64,000 nt of DNA from Oligoflexia bacterium (GCA_963758495.1 CAVWVI010000004.1:672001-736000); one strand, 5' to 3'. Shown: positions 47,855 through 58,504, counted from the first letter of the stretch. Translations and numbers: made by a program. Notes: a model not told the origin generated them from the letters alone.

Positions 47855-49350
47855 AAAGCAAGTACCTCTGAAGCAGACCCTTTACGAACAAGAGACTGAG
47901 AAGCGACACTTTTTTTCGCCAAAGTTTTTTTATTTTTTCGTTTATATTTTTGGCCAAAAAGTAAAACTGAACCCATCACGATGAATAGAGACCCCAGGTA
48001 CTTCCAAAGCCTTCCAGGATCACGATTCACAGCAAAGATCGATGTAACCGGACGAGGCTCCCCTTCTTCATAGCTCGCTTGATAAACCGTATACCCATGA
48101 AGCTCCAGGGGCTCATTCATACTAATATTGGCCTCTTTTTGACCCTGGCCATCGAGAACTGTAACCCGTGAAGAATAGGCAGCAGGATTTAAAGTGCCTT
48201 GATCATGGTCTACTGTAAAACGTTCTAACCGCAGTGAAAAGGGTAGAACTAATCGCTTTGGAAAATACCCAATCTCAACATCACGTCCATCCAGATGAAG
48301 TACGGCACGGTCTCCCAACCCGAGCCAAACATCAGCACTTTGCCCTGCAACCACATGAATCGCAGAAGAAGGCGCTTGACTCCCAAATTGAACTCGAGCC
48401 GGTTTGTATTGAGTGAGAGGCATTGCATGGGGCAATACTTCTTCTAGAGTGATCTTAACATCACCCTTCCATCCGGGGTGAATGACTTGGCCAATAATAT
48501 GATCTTTTCGAAAACTCCCCCGAACCACTTTTCCTAATGAAGAATGTGCAACGTAAGATAAACTGCCATCTTTTTCAATTTGCATGGCTAGCCAAGGCTG
48601 ATGGGGCTTGCTCTCTTCTGGTGAATTCTCTTTGCCCAATGAAAAGCGTGCCGGCCCCGCCTGGATTGTTCTCCATCCGGGTGCACCTTCCCAAAGCCAC
48701 ATTTCCTGAGTGATCCTCATTGGACCACCTGTAATTCGAAAACGGAGAGCAGCAGCCAATTTGTTATCTTCAGAAGGTGTGACTTGAAATTCAGGATTAG
48801 GTATAAAAGAAACGGTTGAATCCGCGTGCGACAAAAACTGATCCACTTTTAAGTCATAAGGCAATCCATAAGAGAAGAGTGAAAAGGGCGTGAACTTTAC
48901 ATTTGAAGGTAACCAGCGGATAGGAATGGAATGAACTTTATCCTGCTCACCGATCACGAGAGCTGCCGAATCTAACTCAACAATACTCCCCATTTCCCCT
49001 TCAGAAATTCTAAGATTTCCGTCGATTCCTCGTTGATCCGTTAATAATGACCCCGCCAGTAAAGTAAGAATCCCTACATGAGCCATTAAAAAAGCAGTAT
49101 GCTTCCACTTCCAGGGATAGCGACTGATTGCTACACATAAAATATTTAGCCCTAGGAGTACAAAAATTCCATGAAACCACCAGGATCGATAAATCCAGTA
49201 CTGTGCAGTAGGTGTATCATAAAGCGACTCAAGGAAAGTACCCACCCCAAGTGAAACCGCCAAAGAGAGAATGACCATGACGGCCAACTTCAAGGAAGAC
49301 AACGCCCAAAAAACTCTATCAAAAATCTTTGAGGCGATGCCTTGATTCAA
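47851..49350 (-). CDS. resB: Cytochrome c biogenesis protein ResB/CcsB
   Basis: LSSLKLA, YRSWWF, AHVG, ISMNEPL...YQASY and DPG motifs. Confidence 0.88.
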   Translation of the reverse strand: MNQGIASKIFDRVFWALSSLKLAVMVILSLAVSLGVGTFLESLYDTPTAQYWIYRSWWFHGIFVLLGLNILCVAISRYPWKWKHTAFLMAHVGILTLLAGSLLTDQRGIDGNLRISEGEMGSIVELDSAALVIGEQDKVHSIPIRWLPSNVKFTPFSLFSYGLPYDLKVDQFLSHADSTVSFIPNPEFQVTPSEDNKLAAALRFRITGGPMRITQEMWLWEGAPGWRTIQAGPARFSLGKENSPEESKPHQPWLAMQIEKDGSLSYVAHSSLGKVVRGSFRKDHIIGQVIHPGWKGDVKITLEEVLPHAMPLTQYKPARVQFGSQAPSSAIHVVAGQSADVWLGLGDRAVLHLDGRDVEIGYFPKRLVLPFSLRLERFTVDHDQGTLNPAAYSSRVTVLDGQGQKEANISMNEPLELHGYTVYQASYEEGEPRPVTSIFAVNRDPGRLWKYLGSLFIVMGSVLLFGQKYKRKNKKTLAKKSVASQSLVRKGSASEVLAL

Positions 49351-49386
49351 CTCATTCTCCTAATATTTACTACTGATTCAAGAAAT

Positions 49387-49980
49387 CTAAAGCTTTTGCA
49401 TTCCTGGTAACTCAAGAGCAATAGATTTTCCGAGATCTGGAAGTGTCAGACCTGCTTGGTAAAAAGCGACTCCGGCTAAATTGAGCACCTTTTTTTGAAC
49501 ATATCTTTCTCGTTGAAGTAATTCCTGAGGGAGATCCGTTCCAGTCAGGCTTTCATCAAAAATACGATCGTAGCTACTTTTGCGAAATAGCCCTACATTT
49601 CTACCGACCGCAAAAGCAGCCATTCGGCGTAATTTTTTAGCGTGGAACAGCCCTTGTCTCTGTCCTGGCCCTGTAAAATCAATCAATAGGTCTATCTTCT
49701 GGGGACAGGATGGTCCCATAGGGGTTCCTCCCGTACTTTGGAAAAACACAACAACATCTGGATAGGAAAGTACGATTTTTTGACGAAGCGCTTCGATATC
49801 ATAGACCATTCCACGAGAAGATAAGACTACAAGAACGAACTTAACTCCTGAAACCCTGTGGGACAAAACCTGTTCCTGTTCGGCCATCTGCGTCAAACGC
49901 ACTTCAGATTCCCGATCCACATTTTGGTTTGAACTTAAACTTGGTTGATTTTTCATAAAGGTCAGCATTTTCCTTATCAA
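49387..49980 (-). CDS. Hypothetical protein
   Basis: 197-aa ORF co-oriented within the operon; true start probably downstream. Confidence 0.6.
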   Translation of the reverse strand: MIRKMLTFMKNQPSLSSNQNVDRESEVRLTQMAEQEQVLSHRVSGVKFVLVVLSSRGMVYDIEALRQKIVLSYPDVVVFFQSTGGTPMGPSCPQKIDLLIDFTGPGQRQGLFHAKKLRRMAAFAVGRNVGLFRKSSYDRIFDESLTGTDLPQELLQRERYVQKKVLNLAGVAFYQAGLTLPDLGKSIALELPGMQKL

Positions 49981-50032
49981 ATATTCTTAAAATTGAAAAT
50001 ACTAAAACAGAACTGTCGGCAGTACTTACTTC

Positions 50033-51184
50033 CTAATAAAGATCATATTTAAGCAGCCTGCATTCAATGGGACCATTAAACAATACTGATCGTCGAGTGG
50101 CCTTCAACCCAATTGATTTGGATAACTCAGGACTTCCTGTAAAAATATACCCTTCCCACCCTTTAAACTTCTGTTTCATTAAATCTCCCAGGCCTTTGTG
50201 AAGGGGGATCAGCTCCTCTATTTCTCCTAGTCTTTCGCCATAAGGAGGATTCACAACTAAAATTCCAGTCTTTGCAATAGGCTCACATTGAGTCATTTCT
50301 CGCTTTTCAAAATGAACCTTTCCATGAAGTCCCGCTTTTTCTAAATGAGTTAATGCGACCCGAATTGCCCGAAAATCTTGATCATATCCTACAATTTTTG
50401 GGAATTTTTTCTTATCCTGAACGCGAAGGTCTTTCGCTTCTTGAAGGAGTCGTTTCCAAAGAGTTGGAATATGCCCTTGCCATCCTAAAAATCCATAATA
50501 TTCCCGATTCAGACCTGGGGCAATATGACCTGCCATCATCGCAGCCTCTATGGGTAATGTGCCAGATCCACACATAGGATCGATAAACGCTGCACCCTCT
50601 TCACGAGGCCAACCCGCAAGTTTTAAAATTGCAGCCGCTAAGTTCTCTTTCAGGGGTGCGTTTGTACCCTCTGTGCGATATCCTCGGCGGTGCAAACTCT
50701 CACCAGACAAATCAATACTCACAGTTGCTTCGTCTTTGAAAAGATAAAGATTGATTCTGATACTGGGGCGCAATGGATCAATCGACGGCCGAGCCCCCTG
50801 CAGAGTTCGAAATTGATCTACAATCGCATCCTTGACCTTCAAAGCTCCAAAATGCGTGTGGGTCATTTTCGATTGAGAACTTGAAAAGTCCACAGCAAAA
50901 GTTTCATTGAGTGTTAAATGATCTGTCCAATGAATCGCCCTAATTCCACCATAAAGACTATCGGGATCAGGAGCTGAAAATGTCTTTAAAGGCAGCAATA
51001 TGCGATTTGCAATTCTCGACCATAGACAAGCTCGATATCCAACCTCCAGAGAACCCTGAAATGCTACTCCTGCTCGAATTTCTTGAACTTTTTCTGCCCC
51101 CATCTCAGTCAGCTCTTCTAAAAGGAGCTTCTCCATCCCCTTTGCCGTGGTTGCGAAAAAATCATACTTCTGTAGTGCCATCAT
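50033..51184 (-). CDS. rlmL: 23S rRNA m2G2445 methyltransferase (THUMP plus MTase; RlmL half)
   Basis: CLWSRIANRILL, SGESLHRRGYR, APLKENLAAA, DPMCGSGT and NPPYGERL motifs. Confidence 0.9.
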   Translation of the reverse strand: MMALQKYDFFATTAKGMEKLLLEELTEMGAEKVQEIRAGVAFQGSLEVGYRACLWSRIANRILLPLKTFSAPDPDSLYGGIRAIHWTDHLTLNETFAVDFSSSQSKMTHTHFGALKVKDAIVDQFRTLQGARPSIDPLRPSIRINLYLFKDEATVSIDLSGESLHRRGYRTEGTNAPLKENLAAAILKLAGWPREEGAAFIDPMCGSGTLPIEAAMMAGHIAPGLNREYYGFLGWQGHIPTLWKRLLQEAKDLRVQDKKKFPKIVGYDQDFRAIRVALTHLEKAGLHGKVHFEKREMTQCEPIAKTGILVVNPPYGERLGEIEELIPLHKGLGDLMKQKFKGWEGYIFTGSPELSKSIGLKATRRSVLFNGPIECRLLKYDLY

Positions 51185-51200
51185 TACGGTCTAGCAGACT

Positions 51201-51279
51201 TATCAGCATTCAGGCAACAGGCGTCAGGCTACAGCCTTGAATCCGATTCTGAGCTGTAGCCTGAAGGCTGATACCTGAC
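51201..51279. repeat. Inverted array of degenerate heptamer repeats forming a long hairpin
   Basis: TCAGCAT TCAGGCA ACAGGCG TCAGGCT ACAGCCT ... AGCCTGA AGGCTGA TACCTGA; perfect 12-bp arms at 51224-51235 and 51253-51264. Confidence 0.75.
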
Positions 51280-51283
51280 ATAT

Positions 51284-52021
51284 TTACTCTTCTAATCCAG
51301 GTGAAAGAGTGGTCCGAAAACAACGCATATCAAATGCCTCGGTTGCCTCCGAAAACCGACCCGATATCATCAATGACGCAGGGATAGAGGCACTATCACT
51401 TGTCGGCTGCTTGATGCCTAATCGAATGACTTTACTCCCGCTCTGCCCTCCGTATGTCCACTCATTCGATTGCCCAGTGAAATACGCATGACTCACAAAA
51501 GCCACGGGGGAAAATGCACGGTCCTTTACGCTTTGAACGTTTATTTTATAGCTACCCGAAGCTCCGTCCACAGATTCATACCAAATACGAGCAATCAATT
51601 TAGGATTTGCCTCTTTGGAGTTTTTACAAAACCAACCCAAATCCCTCACCAGAGAAACTGTTCTGATATCTCTAAGTTCGTAAAGATTTGGCGCAGCGGC
51701 TTCTACTCGTCCCTCGACTTTAATAATAGAACCCAGTCTCAACGTGACCCCTTCAAGTTCAACAGATTCGGGTGCTAATAAACTTCCAAAGTTAAAGTTA
51801 TCTCTTAAAAGATATCGAGATTGTCCGCTCATAATCACTATGGACCAATAACTCTCCGACCGCTGGCATGGCGCACCATCACACAATATCTCTCCTACTC
51901 TCGTAAATCGACGTTCAAATCTCACTTGTCCAGTGACTACTGAAAGATCATCTGCTGCAAACGAACTTTGAACTAGGATTGCGAACAAGAACATAAATGA
52001 CGAAATTAAACGAATTAACAT
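51284..52021 (-). CDS. Secreted hypothetical protein
   Basis: Signal peptide ending SFA; AGAGGGG SD. Confidence 0.7.
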   Translation of the reverse strand: MLIRLISSFMFLFAILVQSSFAADDLSVVTGQVRFERRFTRVGEILCDGAPCQRSESYWSIVIMSGQSRYLLRDNFNFGSLLAPESVELEGVTLRLGSIIKVEGRVEAAAPNLYELRDIRTVSLVRDLGWFCKNSKEANPKLIARIWYESVDGASGSYKINVQSVKDRAFSPVAFVSHAYFTGQSNEWTYGGQSGSKVIRLGIKQPTSDSASIPASLMISGRFSEATEAFDMRCFRTTLSPGLEE

Positions 52022-52083
52022 AAAGTTCCCCTCTGCATTAGGTTTGAATGCACGGGAAACAATAGCAATACATATGCCGACAG

Positions 52084-52560
52084 TTAAATTAGAATCTCGT
52101 TAAGAATTGCTTGGACATGACCCGTTACTTTAACTTTTGAATAAATATTTAAAATTTTTCCTGAAGGAGAAATAATAAAAGTAGTACGTTCAATTCCCAT
52201 ATACTTTCGACCATACATACTTTTTTCTTTCCAAACACCGTAAGCTTCACATGCCTTCCCATCTACATCTGCCAAAAGTGGAAAGGGCAATGAATTCTTT
52301 ATTTTAAATTTCTGGTGGCTATCTACTGAGTCTTTGCTCACTCCAAGAATAACAACGCCCCGTTTCTTGAATTTTTGAAATGCATCCCGAAAATCGCATG
52401 ATTCTTGAGTACATCCAGAAGTCATGTCTTTAGGATAAAAATAAAGAATTACCGTTTGTCCTTTAAAGTCTTTAAGTGACACTTTGACACTAGTATCAGA
52501 TTCTAAAGTGAATGCTGGTGCACGATCGCCAATCTGAATCATTTTTTTCGCATCGCTCAT
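52084..52560 (-). CDS. bcp: Thiol peroxidase Bcp
   Basis: LYFYPKDMTSGCTQESCDFRD and GIERTTF motifs; likely start ATG 52560. Confidence 0.93.
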   Translation of the reverse strand: MSDAKKMIQIGDRAPAFTLESDTSVKVSLKDFKGQTVILYFYPKDMTSGCTQESCDFRDAFQKFKKRGVVILGVSKDSVDSHQKFKIKNSLPFPLLADVDGKACEAYGVWKEKSMYGRKYMGIERTTFIISPSGKILNIYSKVKVTGHVQAILNEILI

Positions 52561-52590
52561 AAGAACTCTTTCCGTCATACTAAACAAACT

Positions 52591-53907
52591 TTATTGTACT
52601 GAATCTGCGAAACCTACCCAAGCCTTAAGGTAGCGCCCCTCTGGAAACTCCACTAACATGGGATGATCTGGAGACTGAGCTCCATGCCCCACCCACTTGA
52701 CTTGGACGCGATTTCTCGCTGCGGCTTTCGCGAGGACCTGCGTAAAAGATTCTTCGGCAAGTAATGCGGAGCAAGAACAACACACAACGCCGCCCCCCTT
52801 TTTCACAATACGAAAAACTTGGGAAGCCAACTGCAGGTACGCATGAGTACCTGCCGGAATATCTTTACGATTTTTAATCAATGCAGGGGGATCAGAAATC
52901 ACGATATCAAAAGAATGATCCTCCACCTCAACTAAACTTTTCAACACATCTGCTTTCCAAGTCACGCATTTCGCACCTTGGGCTTCAACATTTCGACGAG
53001 CAAATTCGAGCGCTTGGGCCGATGCATCTAATGCAGTTACTTCTACTTGAATACCTAAATCTTTGAAAAGCCTTGAAAATTGAGTCCCCCATTGTCCTAC
53101 GTAACTGCACAGATCAAGAATTCGAACCCGAGTAGACGAAAAATGGTTCAGACCCTGTTTCAGACGGAGAGCGGCGATTTGAATATTCGCAAATTGATCC
53201 AGAAAAAATCCTGTTTTTTGCCCTCTGAGTAAATCGACTTGAAATGGGATGGGCTTCCCCCCTAAGACGGGATGAATCAAAATAGTAGAATCTTGTAATT
53301 TTAGCCCGGTCACTTCTTTGAGGATACGGGGCTCTTCTTCTAAAAGTCCTTCCAACTTTCTCACACTGAGATCATTTCTCAGTACAATCGAAGTTTGACT
53401 CCACTTTGGAGCGCCTGGAGTGCTTTTGACATAGAGTTCTAAAATCGCCTCTATATGAGGAAGCAGACGATCGGCACCTGCCGTATGTGCCTGCACCACA
53501 AATACTTGCCCTGATTCAGTCAGATACCGATCGATCACTAATCCCGGAAGACCATCCGCCTCACCAAAACACAATCGATGACTAACGTCGCCTAAGCCTA
53601 CCCGAGAGCGCAGTTGACCGGCTCTCTGTAAAATCTTAATCATGTTATCCACTTCGAGTGGAGATCGCTCTTCTGGATTCCTACTCACCGCTCGAAAAGA
53701 AATCAAAGATTGAGGATTGCCGTACCCTCTCGCCAGAAACTTTCCACCTGCATCCTGGAGCTCCACCCAAGCCCCAGGCTCGATGCCTTTTGGACTCTCT
53801 GCCAATTCATTCGAATAAACCCATGGATGTCCGGCGCGAAAACGCCGATCCATTCCGCGCCGTAAACGCCAGACCGTCCAAGATTCCATAGATGATGCCA
53901 TGAACAT
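52591..53907 (-). CDS. rlmI: RlmI-family (PUA plus SAM MTase) rRNA methyltransferase
   Basis: GHPWVYSNE, GEADGLPGLVIDRY, GQKTGFFLDQ, DPPA, CSCS and YLK motifs. Confidence 0.85.
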   Translation of the reverse strand: MFMASSMESWTVWRLRRGMDRRFRAGHPWVYSNELAESPKGIEPGAWVELQDAGGKFLARGYGNPQSLISFRAVSRNPEERSPLEVDNMIKILQRAGQLRSRVGLGDVSHRLCFGEADGLPGLVIDRYLTESGQVFVVQAHTAGADRLLPHIEAILELYVKSTPGAPKWSQTSIVLRNDLSVRKLEGLLEEEPRILKEVTGLKLQDSTILIHPVLGGKPIPFQVDLLRGQKTGFFLDQFANIQIAALRLKQGLNHFSSTRVRILDLCSYVGQWGTQFSRLFKDLGIQVEVTALDASAQALEFARRNVEAQGAKCVTWKADVLKSLVEVEDHSFDIVISDPPALIKNRKDIPAGTHAYLQLASQVFRIVKKGGGVVCCSCSALLAEESFTQVLAKAAARNRVQVKWVGHGAQSPDHPMLVEFPEGRYLKAWVGFADSVQ

Positions 53908-53946
53908 AGCTTTACCGCGATTGAGTGGTTAAGGTAAACACCGAAT

Positions 53947-55443
53947 ATGGCCCCTACATTAAATTGGCGAGAACTAGAATATCATATAAACCAACTCAGA
54001 CCCGAGCTAGAGGGACTTTTTGTAGACCGAATTCTAGTACCGGAACGAAACACCTTTCCGGCTGGATATCTGAAGGGTGAATGGGCGTTCCGACTTACAG
54101 GACGCAAAGGAGCTTGCACACTCATCATCAGTATTCGGGCTCGACATCCCTATATCTATTTATTAAATGGAAAGGGCCCCAAGGCCGCCGCTCAAGCAAC
54201 TCGATCCCCTTTTGATCTTCATTTATCCAAACATTTGGATGGGGCAAAACTACTGAAGTGCCAAACCCTGACTCGTGACAGAACTGCGATCTTTTGGTTC
54301 TCAGAAGAGGGAAATCCTAAAAACCGACTGGGACTCGTCCTCGCGCTCATTCCTGCAGCACCCGAAGCATTCTTGGTATCATGCCCAAATGATGAAACTT
54401 TAGAATGGCCCATTCTTGCGCGAAGCCGTACCATTCGAAATGAGAACCAGCAGGAAACCACTTACCGCCTCCCTGATCATTCACAAGCGCCTCTCGACCC
54501 TCCTCTTCGCGAAGAGTTATTTCAAAATCTTTACTCTTTTACTGAAGTGATAGAAAAAGAACTCAAAGCTGAATCCTTTACTCTTAGAAGTCAGATTGCC
54601 GAAAAATCTCTCAAGCAACTTTATAAACAAGCACACGACCGCTTCAAACAAAGCGACTCTACACTTCGAGAAGCTCATCGTGAAGAGAACTGGCAAAGAC
54701 TCGGGGACTTGCTTAAAGGGACCCTAGGGGATCCCTCTTCTAATATTATAAATAACATACGACATGTGACTGATTATACCCAGGACGAGATCGTTGCGAT
54801 TACTTGTGATCCAAAACTCACTCTAAAAGAACAAATTGAAAAATTTTATCAAAATGCAAAACGAAAACAGAGAAGAATTTTAGAAGCTACCGCACGCGCG
54901 GAGCAATTTAAAAAAATCAGTACACGTATTCAATCCGCGCTCGATGAAAAACTCGCCCCCGATGATTGGCAAAGACTGATTGCATTAGAAGCTCTAGCAG
55001 GAATTCAGCATCAGCAATCGCTTTCAACATCTAAGGAAAAACCCTCCAAAAAAAAAGCGGTCGCATGGCTTGGCAAATCGTTTACCTCTCGTGAGGGTCT
55101 TATGATTTACGTCGGACGCAGCAAGGACGAAAACCTCGAACTGACCTTTAAACACGCTCGAGGCAACGATCTCTGGATGCATGTTCGAGGACGACCCGGT
55201 GCTCACATCGTCATTCCAGTACAACCTGGAAAATCTGTCTCTCTTGAAACGCTGTTAGATGCCGCAAATCTGACGATCTATTATAGTGGCGGAGAACGCT
55301 GGGGAAAAACAGAAATTGATTATACATTTAAGAAATTTGTAAAAAAAATCAAAGACTCCTCAGAAGTCAGCTACACGCATAATAAGACTCTCTTCGTAGA
55401 GCCCGATCGTGCTCGATTGAGTCGGCTTTTAGGACAGGATTAA
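53947..55443 (+). CDS. NFACT-family protein (RqcH/FbpA-like)
   Basis: C-terminal NFACT-R motif GRSKDENLELT...DLWMHVRGRPGAHIV; coiled coils. Confidence 0.85.
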   Translation: MAPTLNWRELEYHINQLRPELEGLFVDRILVPERNTFPAGYLKGEWAFRLTGRKGACTLIISIRARHPYIYLLNGKGPKAAAQATRSPFDLHLSKHLDGAKLLKCQTLTRDRTAIFWFSEEGNPKNRLGLVLALIPAAPEAFLVSCPNDETLEWPILARSRTIRNENQQETTYRLPDHSQAPLDPPLREELFQNLYSFTEVIEKELKAESFTLRSQIAEKSLKQLYKQAHDRFKQSDSTLREAHREENWQRLGDLLKGTLGDPSSNIINNIRHVTDYTQDEIVAITCDPKLTLKEQIEKFYQNAKRKQRRILEATARAEQFKKISTRIQSALDEKLAPDDWQRLIALEALAGIQHQQSLSTSKEKPSKKKAVAWLGKSFTSREGLMIYVGRSKDENLELTFKHARGNDLWMHVRGRPGAHIVIPVQPGKSVSLETLLDAANLTIYYSGGERWGKTEIDYTFKKFVKKIKDSSEVSYTHNKTLFVEPDRARLSRLLGQD

Positions 55444-55655
55444 GAGAAAGCCTCAATGTGGAGTTCAATGAGAGATTTTGGTAAGTTCGCTACAAGTCTG
55501 GGATCGAAGTATATTAATATAAGTATTGGGAGTCAAATCAAAGACTTCCCCAGCCGTTCGCAATTAAAATAAGTAAAAGCGAGGAGTTAGGCCTCATAAA
55601 AGCAATCTAAACTTATTAAATTTAAATACAAAGAGTAAATCAACTCAAATTCGTC

Positions 55656-55684
55656 TTGTCCGTAGGTCATTTACATCGTATTCT
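55656..55684 (+). promoter_or_regulatory. Sigma70-type promoter, probably leaderless
   Basis: TTGTCC-N17-TATTCT-N6-ATG; no SD. Confidence 0.5.
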
Positions 55685-55690
55685 ACCTAC

Positions 55691-56857
55691 ATGCAAGACA
55701 GAATTCTTAAATCCAGACTCGTCCACACTAAAAAAAGCATCCTACTTTTAGGCCCCAGACAGGTTGGAAAATCGACTTTATGTAGAGAACTCAAGCCTAG
55801 AAAAAGTATTAATCTCGCTGACGAAACTCTCTTCATTCGATACTCAAAAGATCCTGATCTACTTCAAAGAGAAATTTTAGCACTCCCCAAGCCATCCTTA
55901 ATTTTTGTCGACGAAATTCAAAGAATCCCCTCTCTTTTAAATACCATTCAAGTTCTGATTGACGATCATTCAGGTGCACATAAATTTCTACTCACAGGCT
56001 CCAGCGCAAGAAAATTAAAACGAGGCGAAGCAAATTTACTGCCTGGTCGAATCATATTAGAATATTTGGATCCACTCACTGTCTATGAGTTAAAGAACAC
56101 CTTTGATCTCAATCGCGCACTGCAAGTAGGAATGCTCCCTGAAATTTTTCTAGATCGCGAAGAAGGGATCGACATTCTCAGCACTTACACGGAAGTCTAT
56201 CTCAAGGAAGAAATTCAAGCAGAAGCTCTCATTAAAAATATCGGACAATATGCTAGGTTTCTCGATGTTGCTGCAATTTTAAGTGGGCAATGGCTCAATT
56301 ATTCAAAGGTAAGCTCAGAAACAGAAATTCCAAAAGAGACGATTCGAAGATTTTTTTCTATTCTTGAAGAAACTCTCCTCATCTTTAGAATCCCTGGGTT
56401 CACCCCAAAAATAAAAATCAGTCGCCGGGTAACTCAAAAAGATAAATTTCTCTTCTTTGACCTAGGTGTTCGAAACTCCTTATTGGGATTGCACCGTCAC
56501 CCGATCACGCAGGATCAAATTGGAAGCTTATTCGAACAATGGTTCATCTTACAAATCATTTATCTCAATCGGGCATTCAAAAAAGGCTGGACACTTTCTT
56601 CCTATCGAACAGAAGGCGGTGCAGAAGTAGATCTCGTCATTGAGCGAGACGAAGATCTGATTGGTTTAGAAATCAAATCTGGAATCAATGTTGGCAAAGG
56701 CGACTTAAAAGGACTGCAATCCTTACAAGAAACCATCAAAAATTATAAACCTTTCAAAAAGTGGATTGCCTATCGGGGAAAAACCTCTCAAGTTTTTGAC
56801 GATGGTACACAAGTATTCCCTTATATCGATCTATTAGAAAAATTAAGAAAAAGCTGA
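55691..56857 (+). CDS. AAA_14 ATPase with DUF4143 / PD-(D/E)XK-like C-terminus
   Basis: GPRQVGKST, DEIQ, LTGSS, L.GR, FFDLG and EVDLVIE...LEIK motifs. Confidence 0.88.
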   Translation: MQDRILKSRLVHTKKSILLLGPRQVGKSTLCRELKPRKSINLADETLFIRYSKDPDLLQREILALPKPSLIFVDEIQRIPSLLNTIQVLIDDHSGAHKFLLTGSSARKLKRGEANLLPGRIILEYLDPLTVYELKNTFDLNRALQVGMLPEIFLDREEGIDILSTYTEVYLKEEIQAEALIKNIGQYARFLDVAAILSGQWLNYSKVSSETEIPKETIRRFFSILEETLLIFRIPGFTPKIKISRRVTQKDKFLFFDLGVRNSLLGLHRHPITQDQIGSLFEQWFILQIIYLNRAFKKGWTLSSYRTEGGAEVDLVIERDEDLIGLEIKSGINVGKGDLKGLQSLQETIKNYKPFKKWIAYRGKTSQVFDDGTQVFPYIDLLEKLRKS

Positions 56858-56873
56858 ACCCTTTGCGTGAAAA

Positions 56874-58322
56874 TCACTTCACGAAATTCTTAACCACATA
56901 CTCCAAGGCCTGTTCCTTGGAAGTTAGTTTTTTTTCCAACGCAAGATCCTCGACGCAATGTAGAATCTCAGAGAATTCTGGCCCTGGTGAAAATCCCAGT
57001 TGAATCAGATCTTGACCATCAATGAGTTTGTGAGAGCCCGCTTGAGGTAAACTCTTAAGCGCCTGGAATCGAACTGAGCAAAACTCATAATAAGCCAGAT
57101 TACCATCGGATGCGACTGCGTCGGCCTTATGAAAGGACAATAACTCTTCAAAATGCTCTTCACGAATAAATCGCTGAAGAGTGGATTCCCTCATTTGAAA
57201 GACATCTCTAAATTTAAGATGATCAGCAACCATGATAGCAATTCGTTCAGAATCCGTTCGAGACATTTTAAGCCGTTGAGTCATTCGACTAGCCGCTTTA
57301 GCACTTTCAATTTCATGCCCGTTAAAGTTTTTTCCATCATTGAGTTTAGCCGCGATAGGCTTACCTACTTCATGAAGAACCGCAGCCCAGGAAAGTGCAG
57401 GAGAACGAATTTGACTTTGTTTTGCTAAGTGCTCTAGCATTTTCAAAAGATGTGTCCACACATCTTCATTAGGCTGATAGGAAGGAATTTGTGCTACCCC
57501 TTTGAGAGCTTCCACTTCTGGTAAAATATAATTCAATAATCCCAAATCAGAAAGAAGTCGCAAAGACTCTTTTGGATGAGGTCCCATCCACATTAAGGTG
57601 AGTTCATCACGAACCCGCTCTGCGCTTACTTTCGTAATGAGACGTGCTCGTGATCGAATAGCGTCTGCAGTATCGGAGTCCAATTGAAATCCTAATCTGG
57701 TTTTAAATCGGATCGCACGGAGAAGTCTCAACGCATCTTCCTTAAACCGTTCTTTCGGTTGACCAATTGCTCGAATGACGCCCTTTTTAAGATCTTCAAC
57801 CCCCCCTGTTAAATCTAAAATCCTCAGAGTTTTAGGGTCATAAAATAACGCATTGATAGTGAAATCACGCCGTTGTGCATCCTGGAGAGGCCCTGCAAAA
57901 ATAACATTTTTAGGATGCCGATGATTTTCATACTCCAAGTCTTGTCGAAACGTCGCAATTTCTAAAAGTTGTGAGTTAACGCCAGTAGGCACTTTTAAAA
58001 CCCCAAAGGCTTTCCCTACAGTTAAAGCATTAGGAAATAGCAAACACAGCTCGTCAGGACTCGCACTGGTTGCAAGGTCATGATCTTTGGATTCCTTACC
58101 CAAAAGAAAATCTCTCACACTTCCACCTACGACATAGACAATATGACCTGCCTCATCCAATTTCTGAAGAGCTTCTTTCACATAAGCAGGTAATGGATAG
58201 GGACGATCAATCCGTATCCACTTCGAGAGACTGTCCGTTGAGTTCGTATTTACTTTTGATAATGGTTTCTGCGTTAAATCGGTTAGGGGCTTTCGTGCCT
58301 TCAGCGTCTTTTTCACGTGCAA
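56874..58322 (-). CDS. cca: CCA-adding tRNA nucleotidyltransferase / poly(A) polymerase family
   Basis: VGGSVRD, DHD, RRDFTINA, EDALRLLRAIRF and SAERV motifs; start position uncertain. Confidence 0.88.
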   Translation of the reverse strand: MHVKKTLKARKPLTDLTQKPLSKVNTNSTDSLSKWIRIDRPYPLPAYVKEALQKLDEAGHIVYVVGGSVRDFLLGKESKDHDLATSASPDELCLLFPNALTVGKAFGVLKVPTGVNSQLLEIATFRQDLEYENHRHPKNVIFAGPLQDAQRRDFTINALFYDPKTLRILDLTGGVEDLKKGVIRAIGQPKERFKEDALRLLRAIRFKTRLGFQLDSDTADAIRSRARLITKVSAERVRDELTLMWMGPHPKESLRLLSDLGLLNYILPEVEALKGVAQIPSYQPNEDVWTHLLKMLEHLAKQSQIRSPALSWAAVLHEVGKPIAAKLNDGKNFNGHEIESAKAASRMTQRLKMSRTDSERIAIMVADHLKFRDVFQMRESTLQRFIREEHFEELLSFHKADAVASDGNLAYYEFCSVRFQALKSLPQAGSHKLIDGQDLIQLGFSPGPEFSEILHCVEDLALEKKLTSKEQALEYVVKNFVK

Positions 58323-58497
58323 TCTTGCCTTTCGACTTTTTATGTTGGCCTACAGGACGGTCTGTACTCGAAGGCGCCACCAGAACAGATGACGGAACAG
58401 ATGGCGGAGCCGGTGTCAACTGAGGTTGAGGTCTTTCAGCCTCGACTGCCCAACTTACATGACTCATTAAAATAGCAGCACAAATACAAATCATCAT
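58207..58497 (-). CDS. Small secreted hypothetical protein
   Basis: Signal peptide and Pro-rich linker; starts right after the ftsK stop. Confidence 0.65.
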   Translation of the reverse strand: MMICICAAILMSHVSWAVEAERPQPQLTPAPPSVPSSVLVAPSSTDRPVGQHKKSKGKIAREKDAEGTKAPNRFNAETIIKSKYELNGQSLEVDTD

Positions 58498-58504
58498 CTC
58501 GTCT

